Part shown: positions 48,351 to 59,800 of the stretch, in pieces
Numbering within the stretch: the stretch's first letter is position 1
Layout: each line of letters starts with the position of its first letter
Assembly (NCBI GenBank): GCA_020631075.1
Contig: JAHDHX010000006.1
Location: 42,243-106,242 of the forward strand
Direction: 5' to 3'
Length of the DNA stretch: 64,000 nt
Source: Candidatus Altimarinota bacterium
Lineage (GTDB): Bacteria > Patescibacteriota > Gracilibacteria > UBA4473
Translations under genes and position numbers: made by a program
Notes under the pieces: generated by a model
Databases searched by the model: none
Seen by the model: only the letters and a program-made list of their open reading frames with translations
Told to the model about the DNA's origin: nothing

Positions 48351-48390
48351 ACTTGCACTATATCACAAAAGAGGCAGAAAGAGGAAGTCC

Positions 48391-48917
48391 TCACAACAAC
48401 TGCTCCACCGCTCGCCGCACACATTCTTCCAGCGCCTGCTCACGGGTCAGTCGCCCATTGGTATAATACTTCAGCGTATCCCTCGACTCAGGACACAGCT
48501 CGCGCATCACCGCTTCATGGCTATCCCCGCGGCGCATCCGCCGCGCTATATCGTCTGGCAGCTGCACTCGTTCTGACACGCCCACCACTTGGCGCCCCAC
48601 TCGGTCTTGCGCTACGCACACACTCTCTTCATAGTACCCCCCATCCACTTCCACCACCCCCGTTTCCACCCCGAGGGTTATGTCGCCCCCCATTCTAGTC
48701 GTGACAGACGATTGACCGCCCCCTGCTTGACCGCCTCATCCATCGGCCCCCCATCGACAAAGGAATCCACCGCCACTCCCACCACCCGCAGCGCCTCCAT
48801 CCCCATGCTCCGCAGCGCCCGCTCCACCGCCGTCATTTTCAGCTCACTGGCAGACGCCAGCACCACTTTCGTCACAGCACTTTCCTCTCTGGTTAGCCAT
48901 TCAACAGTCATATTCAC
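48391..48917 (-). pseudogene. Inosine/xanthosine triphosphatase (YjjX/DUF84-like), split by a frameshift in a G6 run
   Basis: N-half KVVLASASELKMTAVERAL...GAVNRL and C-half LGVETGV...YYTNGRLTREQ lie in different frames; joined at 48686-48691. Confidence 0.75.
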
Positions 48918-48924
48918 AGTGGTT

Positions 48925-50028
48925 TTACACTTTCAGTGGCATCACTAAGTGCACAAAGTCATCCCCCGACACTCGTTTCAGCACCGCTGGCTTTATTTTA
49001 TCTTGCATTTCCAGCACTATCTGCTCTTCTCCGCTCAGCGCCGTCAATATATCTAGCAAATAGTCCGCATTCAGCGCGATCATGTTCGCCTCCCCCGTCA
49101 TCTCCACCGCAATCGTGGTTTGGTCTTCCCCGATTTCGGTCATATCCGTGCACACTTTCATTGTGCTATCCGCCTGCAGGTGCAGTTTCATGTGTTGGTT
49201 GTTCTCCTTGGCAAAGATAGACACCCGCCGCACCGCCAGCTCCAGTTCGCTGCGGTCAATCGTCACCGTCGTCGTGTGCTGACGGGGGATGATCTGCTGA
49301 TAATTCGGAAACACCCCATCTATTAGACGTGAAGTCAGCTCCGTGTCCCCACTTTTCAGCAACACTTGGTTTTCCCCCACCGTCAGGCTCACCGTGTCAC
49401 TCCCCCCCGCCAACCGATCCGCTTCCAGGATCGACCGCACCGGCACCACCTTGGCAGTGTCTTCATATTTTTCGTCCAGCAGCACCACCTTCTCACTCAG
49501 TCGGTAAGAGTCCGTCGCCGCCAAACGCAGCTCCTGACCGTTCAGGTGCACATACACCCCCGACAAGATCGGCCGCGCCGCGTTTTCTTGCGCCGCAAAA
49601 GCCACCAGCCCCACCGCTTCGCGCCACGTCTTACTGTCGAGCGTCACCGTTGTCCCCCCCGTCAGGGTTGAGATGTTTGGAAACTCCTCCGCCGCTATCC
49701 CCTTCATTTTCGTCTTCGAGCGCCCACATTTCACCTGCAGCGCCGTTCCGTCGACAGTTTCCAGCTCCACGTCCCCCCCTTTTTTCAGCAACGACACATA
49801 CGCCGTCATAATCTTCGACGGCACCGTGATCGCCCCTTCATTCTGCACCGTCGCCTCCGCATTCGTGGTGATAGAGATCTCCAAATTCGTGGCACTAAAT
49901 TGCAGCTTCTTCCCCTCCGCCCGCAGCATAATGTTTCCCAACACTGGCAACGTCGGCTGCCCTGACACCGCTCGCGCCACCGTCTTGAGTCCCCGCAACA
50001 GTTCCGCTTGTGCTATCGTCACCTTCAT
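48925..50028 (-). CDS. dnaN: DNA polymerase III beta clamp
   Basis: TLPVLGNI, ATNLE, RPILSGV, AATDSYRL, SRLIDGVFPNY, LVMPLK. Confidence 0.97.
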   Translation of the reverse strand: MKVTIAQAELLRGLKTVARAVSGQPTLPVLGNIMLRAEGKKLQFSATNLEISITTNAEATVQNEGAITVPSKIMTAYVSLLKKGGDVELETVDGTALQVKCGRSKTKMKGIAAEEFPNISTLTGGTTVTLDSKTWREAVGLVAFAAQENAARPILSGVYVHLNGQELRLAATDSYRLSEKVVLLDEKYEDTAKVVPVRSILEADRLAGGSDTVSLTVGENQVLLKSGDTELTSRLIDGVFPNYQQIIPRQHTTTVTIDRSELELAVRRVSIFAKENNQHMKLHLQADSTMKVCTDMTEIGEDQTTIAVEMTGEANMIALNADYLLDILTALSGEEQIVLEMQDKIKPAVLKRVSGDDFVHLVMPLKV

Positions 50029-50235
50029 GTTTCAGAGTGGTCTAAATTATTCCAAAAATCTCTCAAAGTGTAATTCCTTCCCCCCACTCCACACAAGCCT
50101 TTTTCTCTGATTCTCATTTTACAACAATTCACCCTTCACAGTCGAACACATTTTATACCCGTACTTATTGACAACCCCACTTTCATACCCCACTATCCTC
50201 ATTGTTATTATCATTTTCATATCACTTCTACTCTT

Positions 50236-50637
50236 ATGATAAACGACTTTAAAGCTTTCCTCGTCCGCGGTAATGTCGTCGACCTCGCCGTCGCCGTGGT
50301 CATCGGGGCCGCCTTCGGTAAGATTGTCAGCACCTTCGTGGAAGGTATCGTTATGCCTTTCGTATCCCTCCTTTCAGGTGGCACCGACTTCACGCAGTGG
50401 TTCATCCCCCTTGACGGCAGCTCCTACAGCACCCTCGCCGAAGCCACCGAAGCAGGCGCCGCCGTCCTCCAGCTGGGCGTCGTGCTCAACTCCATCATCG
50501 ACTTCGTCCTCGTTGGCTTCGCCGTCTTCATGATGGTCAAAGTCTACGAACGAATGCAGAAAAAAGAGGAAGAAGCCGCTGGCCCCAGCAGCGAAGACCT
50601 CCTGACTGAGATCCGCGACCTCCTGCAAAAACGCTAA
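50236..50637 (+). CDS. mscL: Large-conductance mechanosensitive channel
   Basis: FKAFLVRGNVVDLAVAVVIGAAF and LLTEIRDLL. Confidence 0.97.
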   Translation: MINDFKAFLVRGNVVDLAVAVVIGAAFGKIVSTFVEGIVMPFVSLLSGGTDFTQWFIPLDGSSYSTLAEATEAGAAVLQLGVVLNSIIDFVLVGFAVFMMVKVYERMQKKEEEAAGPSSEDLLTEIRDLLQKR

Positions 50638-50665
50638 ATCTAAGAAAAGCTAAACCGAAAGCAGC

Positions 50666-50696
50666 AAGCCCCAAGCAATACTTGGGGCTTTTTTTG
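50666..50696 (+). terminator. Rho-independent terminator
   Basis: AAGCCCCAAG-CAATA-CTTGGGGC followed by T7. Confidence 0.85.
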
Positions 50697-50853
50697 TGAC
50701 GATTTTTTTCACCTCACGTCTACGACTTTGAAAACAAAAAACAAACAAGCATATTTGACAAAGACTCACTTTGTTCTACTTTCCTTCTGAATATCTGAAA
50801 ATCATCTGAATTTCAGCATATCAATTTCTCTTCTCTCTTCTCTCTTTCGGGTC

Positions 50854-53800
50854 ATGCGTAAACGCCTCCTCGGTCTCGCCTTCGGGCTCCTCGCCATTGC
50901 CAGCGCTGGCATACTTGGCACAGGTGCCCTCAGTTCTCCTGATTTGCCTGTGCTCTCCGCAGACAAATACGTCTCTCAGATCATCAGCCCCACCGGCAAC
51001 ACGATCTTCTCTGACCCCTCTGGCAGCAACCAAGCCGCCCTGCACGACCCCGCCCTGGCTATCGCCCACGGCGCCACCGTCGAGTGGTCTGTCGTTGTCA
51101 GCACCGACAATACTGGCCCCGACAGCTACGACGCCGTCGAGTTCACCGACAGCTTCCAGCTCTACGGGAATGGGTACTTTGACCACACAGTCATCGACTG
51201 GCTCCCGCACCCGCAATACGACTTCTTTACCAGCTGTCAGCAAGCCTTCGACGAAGGCAACGAGCTTCAGTGGTACAACACCATCAAGGACAGCCTCTAT
51301 TTCAATGAATACACCGATCTTGATACGGTTCTAATTAACGGTGCCCCTATCAGTGCCACCAATCTTGACAGTACAATCTGTAACATTTTAGACACAGACG
51401 ATTTTTCTGGTGTCATCATCGGCCCCATGGGACCAAATGAAACACGAACCTTCACTTTCACTGGTGTCTACGGTCCCACTGAAAAATATCCTCAATTCGA
51501 ACCCCGTGGTCTTTGTAACGGCGTTTGGGTTCTCGCGCAGTCCAACTACGGTGACAACACCGAATTCTTTGGCTTCGGCTTAGACTCTCCCATTGACTCC
51601 CCATGGTCCTGTGTCCAGATCACAGACACCCCCCACACCACCACTATTGAGAAGAGTGGAGAAATTGACATGACCACCCAAACTATTGACTGGACTGTTA
51701 CCGTCGAGACAGACATTCCTGTTGACACAAAGCACTTCCAAATTTTAGATAACCCAATTGAATCCACTGGTCATACAGGCCCACTTCACGACAACCACCC
51801 TCACGGCTTCACTTGCGAATATACCGCTCAAGGCAACGGCGTCTTCATTTGTAATGTTACAACCCAAATCACAGACCTCTCCTCTGACCAATACTGTAAC
51901 GAAGCCAGCGTCTACATAAACTACGTCCCCCTCGGCTCCACGACCGCCTGTGTGCAGCCCCCCATGTTGGAGGCTCCCACCATCGAAGTCACCAAACAAG
52001 CCGTTGAGAGCGTTATCTCTTCCACCGACACCGAGCTCGAATGGCTCATTACCGTCACCACCAGCAGCTCTGACTACAGCGGCGACATTACCAATGTTGT
52101 CTTCACCGACAGCTGGTCTGGCTACTCCGTGTCTGAGGTGGTCATCAACCCTGTAGACAATGACAACCAACAAGTAACAATAAATCCATCTGGTACATCA
52201 TTCACCTACTCCGTTGGCACCATGGGCCCCAACGACTCCCAAAGCTTCCTGGTCACCATGACCATCGCCGACGAAAAAACCGACTCCCCCTGTCTCAGTG
52301 GTGACTACACCTTCGGCAATAACGTCGAAATCATCGACGCTCTTTACAACCACTACGGCACCGACACGTCTATCGCAGGCGACACCGACTCCGCCAGCAC
52401 GGTCTGCACGGCCCCCACGCCCAACCCAGTCCCCGAGCTCATTTTGAATAAAGTCGAAGTCCCTAGCATTACCCACGTTGAGACAGGCCAAAGCGTCGAC
52501 TACCAAATCACCGTCACCAACCCCGCTGGCAACAGCGGCACACCGGGTGTCCCAGTGTACAACCTTGACCTGACCGACGTCCTCTCTGGCCCCACTGGTG
52601 TTTCATACACCATCAGCAACGTCAGCGCCAACATCGGCACCCCTACTATTGTGGGCAACCAGATCAACATTCCAACCATCGCACAGCTCCTCCCCGGCCA
52701 GACCTACACCTTGACCTACACGGTCACCTATGGCACCGCGGCGGGCACCGCTGGCGCGTGTAACCTCGAAGGCCACACCTTCCAAAACGTCGCCACCATC
52801 GAGAGCTTCGACTACCCCACCTACCCAAACGTCACGGTTGACGGTTTCACTACTGTTGAGCCTAACCAGTCTTTCGTGGAAGAGGTCATCTGCTACAGCC
52901 CTGAGACACCCGTCCCAGTCATCGAAGTCACCAAAACACTGGTAGAGCCCAGTAACGGCTACGTCTACGCCCCCAACCAAAACACAGTTACCTACCAGAT
53001 CACTATCGACGCCAGCAACCAGCCCAACGGCTTCACTGGCATGATCACTGACCTCGTCCTGACCGACACGACCAACTTCCCGTTCCAGAGTGTCACCGTC
53101 AACGGCAACAGCGTCCCGTTTAGTGCCAACGGCTTCTTCATTGAGCCCAGCGCACCACTGCAAGTGCCCGCTGGCGCCTACCCGAGTTCACAGACCTACA
53201 CCGTCGTGTTTGACCTCGGCACATGGGGCACAGACCACACCTGCCTGACCGCTGGCCAGACATTGACCAACTCCGCCAGTGCCACCGGCTTCTATGACGC
53301 CAACGGCATCAGCACCACAGTCAGCGACACCAGCCAGACGGTCACCGCCACTTGCCACGTCCCTGCTAATATTTCTGCACCATCTCTCTCATTGGCTAAA
53401 GTGGCACATGCAGACATCATAAATGAAGGTGAAAGTGTTGATTACGTCATTAGTGTGTTTAATTCATCTGATACTACTGCAAATAATATTCAGTTGGAAG
53501 ATATTATAAGCAATCCAAGCAATGGAACCTATTCCATAAGTAACGTTAATGCAGCCATATTAGAAATTCCTCAATATAACTTCAGCAACAATGGTAATTC
53601 TATCAGCTTTACTCCATTCGATTTGCCTGCAAACACTGCATACACGGTGATTTACACCATTACTTATGGTAATAATAGTTCAAACTCCCCAACTGCTTGT
53701 ATAGCAGATGGTATTCAATTTATTAATACTGCCAGTGTTACTAGTTTTAGTTACACAGATGAGTTTGGGAACGAAATATCTGATGACGTTACACTTCCAA

Positions 53801-56800
53801 GTGAAGAAACCGCAACAGTAACTTGTAATGCTCAAACCACTAATCTCGAAGTAACGAAAGAACTCATCACCCACGAGTGCCCCACCTACGGGCTCGGTGG
53901 CACTGGTGCCGCTACCTTCGGGGTAACGATCACCAACACTGGTGACCTCCCCCTCACCGACGTCACCGTCTACGACGTACTGCAAAACTACTTCACCAAC
54001 GTCAGCAACATCACCCAGGGCGTCACCCTCAGCGGCTCTGAGTTCTCTATCCCCGCTGGCTACCTCGACAACACGGGCGACACCTTCTCGTTCCAGTTCA
54101 CCGTCGACATCGACGCCACTCAAATTGCAAACTTTGGCACCCCGCTGACCAACTCCGTCAGCGCCACCGCTGACAACGTCGAAATCGTTGATTCCAACAC
54201 CGTGTCCTTCACCTGTGGCCCCATCGTCGTGCCACAGCCCACGGTCAACATCAACAAAGCAGTGGCCAACAGTCAGACCACTCCCCTCCCCTACGGTGAC
54301 AACTCCATCACGTGGACGCTCACCATCGACTCCGAAGCCAACGGCTACCAGGGGCTCATCACTGGTCTCACTTTGACCGACGACCCCCTCTTCCCTGTCA
54401 CAGGTGTCACCCTGCTCGATGCCAGCGGCACCGCCCTGCCTATCAGCTTCAACGGTGACACCCTCACCTACGACCTGCCGGACTTCACCGCTGGCACCGA
54501 CTTTGTCTTCACGCTCATCACCGAGTTTGACAACACCTACGACGCACACGTCTGCGGCACCGACGGTCAGCTCTTGCAAAACAACGTCACTCTCGCCAAC
54601 GGCTTCTACGACGGCAACACCTCTCTGCCCAGCAGCTCTGACAACGCCACCATCCCTTGTGGCCCAGTCTACGTCCCGACCACCAGCCTCGAAGTGACGA
54701 AAGAGCTCATCACCCACGAGTGCCCCACCTACGGCCTCGGTGGCACTGGTGCCGCTACCTTTGAGGTCACGATCACCAACACTGGTGACCTCCCCCTGAC
54801 CAACGTCCAAGTCACTGACCTCCTAAACTCATACTTCACCAACGTCAGCAACATCACCCAGAGCGTCACCCTCAGCGGCTCGACGTTCTCTATCCCCGCT
54901 GGCAACCTCGACAACACGGGCGACACCTTCTCGTTCCAGTTCACCGTCGACGTTGACGCCGCTCAAATTGCAAACTTTGGCACCCCATTGACCAACTTCG
55001 TCAGCGCCACCGCTGACAACGACGCCTCCGACACGTCCAACACCGTGTCCTTCACCTGTGGCCCCATCGTCGTGCCAGAGCCGACTATTTCCGTGGCCAA
55101 AGATCTCGCCACCACCCAAGCCAACCCCCTCCCCTACGGCGACGACACCATCACCTGGGTCATCACCGTCAGCACCCAGGGCAACGGCTACACGGGCAAC
55201 ATCACCGACGTCACCCTGACCGACACCATCGACTTCGACGTCCAGTCTGTCACCGTTGACGGCACCCCCATCACGCTCACAGGCGATAGCTTCACCTACA
55301 CCGTTGGCACCATGGGCCCCAACGACAGCCAGAGCTTCACCGTTGTCACCACCTACGACAGCGACTCAACCAAACACATCTGTACCGAAACAGGTCAGCT
55401 CTTGACCAACTCCGTCACCGTCAACGGTGACTACGACCTCGGCACCCCGCTCGCACCCGACAGCGACGACGCTATCATCATGTGCCAGCTCCCGGACGAA
55501 GTCGCTCCCCCAGTGCTCGACATCACCAAATCCGCTTCACAGAGCGTCACCAGCGAAGGCGGCGACGTCATCTACACCGTCCAAGTGACCAACACCGCTA
55601 GCACCACCGCCACCAATGTCACCCTGACAGACGTGCTCACCGTGCCGGCCAACACCGTCTACGTCATCAGTGATGCCACCGACACCCTCACTGGCGGCAC
55701 CACCACTGGCGCCGTCAGCACTGACGGCACCACATTGACCTTCCCAACGTTGACCACGCTGGACGCAGGCGGCATCTACACCGTCACCTACACAGTCACC
55801 TACGGTGGCGACGACCTCTACGCACCCACCGCGTGCGTTGAGGCAACCAACACCTTCACGAATGTCGCCCAAGTCACAGGCTTCAGCTACACCGACGAAT
55901 ACAACAACGACACCACCAACGGCGTCACGCTCCCGGACCCAGCGGACACCACCGTCACCTGCTCAGCCCCAGACACCGCTCTGCCCCTCTTCGACATCCA
56001 GAAGTCTCTCCTCACTCCCGCCACCGCGGTCGAGGGCGAAGAAATCACCTGGCAGATCATCGTCTCTATGCCGAGCAACCAGCCCTACGAAGGCAACCTG
56101 ACCGACCTCGTCATCACCGAAGACCCGGCCTACGCCTACTCCAACCCGTACTTCACTGATGAAAACGGCAACATCACCTCAGGGCTCACCTACACGCTCG
56201 ACGTGCTCAACCCCGGCCAAGTTGTGATCCTCGAGTTCACCACCACCGTCGGCAACCAAGCCGCCATCGCGTGTACGGCCGACGGCCACCTCTTGCCCAA
56301 CGGCGTCACCATTACTGACATCTTTGAACCCACGAGCGACACCCTGACCGACGAAGCCAACGCCACCGCGCCTTGCTCCGTCATCCCGCCAGAGGTGCCC
56401 ACCCCAGTGATCAACAAAAGTGTAAATACCAACACCGTCCACCCAGGGCAGAGCTTCACCTACACCATCAGTGGTAATACAGGCCAGTTCACCGACGGCA
56501 GCTACGCTACCATCGACCCGCTCGTCATCACCGACGACATCGAATCCAGCCTGATCGAATTCGACCTCGACGCCTTTGCTGCCGCCAACCCAGGCATCAC
56601 CGTCACCGAGCTCAACGACGGCACCTACCAGTTTAACCTCGGCACCGTCACTGGCCCCTTCAGCTTCAGCATCGAAGCCACCTTCCTCGAAGGCGTCGCC
56701 AGCGGCACCCAGTTCTGTAATGTCGCCCACATCGGCACTCTCGCTGACATCGCCGCCGACCCAGTCAACGCCGTCTGCAGCGACCCCACTTCCGCCTGTG

Positions 56801-59800
56801 TCACACTGGTTGACCACCCCCCAGTGGACCAACCCACCTTCACCATCAGCAAATCCGCTGACGTCGACACCGTGATGGAAGGTGACACCGTCACGTGGAC
56901 CATCACCATCACCAACACCTCCGACACCGACGCCACCAATGTCACCTTTACTGACAACCTCCCCACTGGCGTCACCGCTGTCACGCCTGACTTCGGCAAC
57001 CTCACCATCACCGACGACTCTCTGACCAACGGCACCTACACCGCCACCATCGGTCAGATAGACGCCAACGACTCCGTCAGCTTCACTGTCACCACCACCA
57101 TCGGTGCTGGCACCACTGACGACCCCACCATGTGCGTCACCGACGGCCAGTCATTTACTAACGTCGTCTCTCTCGACACCTTCCAGTACCTCGTCAACCC
57201 AACCACTACGAGTACTATCAACGACGGCCAAACCGCTTCTGACTCCGTCATCTGCGAAGTCCCAGAACCACCTGTCGTTCCTGTCGACGCCCCTACCTTC
57301 ACCATCAGCAAATCCGCTGACGTCGACACCGTGATGGAAGGTGACACCGTCACGTGGACCATCACCATCACCAACACCTCCGACACCGACGCCACCAATG
57401 TCACCTTTACTGACAACCTCCCCACTGGCGTCACCGCTGTCACGCCTGACTTCGGCAACCTCACCATCACCGACGACTCTCTGACCAACGGCACCTACAC
57501 CGCCACCATCGGTCAGATAGACGCCAACGACTCCGTCAGCTTCACTGTCACCACCACCATCGGTGCTGGCACCACTGACGACCCCACCATGTGCGTCACC
57601 GACGGCCAGTCATTTACTAACGTCGTCTCTCTCGACACCTTCCAGTACCTCGTCAACCCAACCACTACGAGTACTATCAACGACGGCCAAACCGCTTCTG
57701 ACTCCGTCATCTGCGAAGTCCCAGAACCACCTGTCGTTCCTGTCGACGCCCCTACCTTCACCATCAGCAAATCCGCTGACGTCGACACCGTGATGGAAGG
57801 TGACACCGTCACGTGGACCATCACCATCACCAACACCTCCGACACCGACGCCACCAATGTCACCTTTACTGACAACCTCCCCACTGGCGTCACCGCTGTC
57901 ACGCCTGACTTCGGCAACCTCACCATCACCGACGACTCTCTGACCAACGGCACCTACACCGCCACCATCGGTCAGATAGACGCCAACGACTCCGTCAGCT
58001 TCACTGTCACCACCACCATCGGTGCTGGCACCACTGACGACCCCACCATGTGCGTCACCGACGGCCAGTCATTTACTAACGTCGTCACCCTGACAGACTT
58101 CGACTACACCGACGAAAACAACAACACCGTCACCGACCACAGCGGCCAAACTGCTTCTGACTCCGTCATCTGCGAAGTCCCAGTGGTTGAGTACCCAGCT
58201 CCCACTATCACGAAAACAGACAACGCTGACACCGTGCTCCCAGGTGGCACCATCACCTACACCGTTAATGTCGACACTAACGGCGCCACCTTCAGCCCAC
58301 TACAGATCACCGACAACTTTGACGACCACTTGACCCTCATCGAGTCCTCCGTCACCAACGGCGTCACCGTCGTCGACCAACCCAATAACACCTACCTGTT
58401 TGACCTCGGCACCGTCACGGGCCCCACCAGCTTCAGCTTCAGCGTGGAAGTCTCCGCCGACGCCACCCCAGGCCAAGCCATCTGTAATGTCGTGCACATC
58501 GGCACCCCGCTCGACCTCCAGCAAGACCCAGAAGGCACCGTCTGCTCTGACCCAGAGTCCGCCTGTGTCATTGTTGAGTCACCGTTTATCGCTGCCCCCA
58601 GCATCGCCCTAACCAAAACCGCCAATGTGACCGAAACTGAGATCGGCCAAGCGATCATCTGGACTCTGACCGTCAACAACGACGGCAACGTCCCCCTGAC
58701 GAATGTTGAGATCACTGACCCACTGGCCAGCTACCTCACCTACCAGTCAGGCGACGCCGACATCAGCCTCAACGGCAGCGACCTCACCATCACCGTGGGC
58801 GACCTCGCCATCGGCCAGACTATCGACTACACGTTCACCACCTTGGTCAACGGCGACGCCACTGGCCTCACCCAGTTGTCCAACACCGCCACCGTCAACG
58901 GAGTCTACGCTGAGACAGACACCACCGTGACAGACAGCGGTTCTGACACCGTCATCTTGGTTACGCCACCGGCCCCCGAGCCCGAGCTCGAATGGACAGT
59001 CGAAAAAACCTCCATGCCCGCCGACGGCGCCGTGCTCAACGTTGGTGACCTCATCACCTACTACATCACCGTGACCAACGAAGGCAACACTGCCCTCACC
59101 GACGTCTTCGTCACCGACGACCTCGACAGCTCCATCCGCTTCCACTCTGACCTCGGCAACCCAGAGATCAGCGGCGACTTCTTCGACCCGTCCGTCATCA
59201 TTTCCTTCCCCTACCTCGGGGTAAATGAATCACTGACCACGTCATTCCAAGTCAAAGTCGTCAGCGTCCCCGACACCACCAACCAGCAGTTCTGTAACGC
59301 TCTGCACTGTGGTCTCGCCTTCGGTGATGTTGACTCAGACTTCCCCTACTTCGAGACAGGCGACTTCCTCGGTGGCACCTGCCACACCGTCGTCCCGGAG
59401 GACGAACCCACCCCAGGGCTCGAATTCGCCAAAACGGTCACCAGTGGTGACTACGCCGTCGGCGACACCGTCACCTACAGCGTCACCGCGACCAACACAG
59501 GCGACTTCCCCCTCACCGACGTAATAGCCATCGACCAGCTCCCCGCTGGCACTCAGTTCCAGCAGTGCAACGGCGACTACGACCTTGACGGCTCCACGCT
59601 GACGCTCGACTTCGGCACCCTCGCCGCAGGCCAGAGCCAAACCATCACCTTCAGCGTCACCGTCACGCAGCCAGGTCAGTTCTGCAACGACATTGTCTCT
59701 GGTCAGGGCACCACGCCCGACGGCGACACCGTTGGCGGCACCGTCACCACTGGCCCCCAGTGTGAGACCGCCACCATCGATGACGAAGAAGACGAGCAAG

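Noticed and set aside
50029..50235. Replication origin next to dnaN
   Set aside because: No DnaA boxes, no dnaA and no skew inversion.
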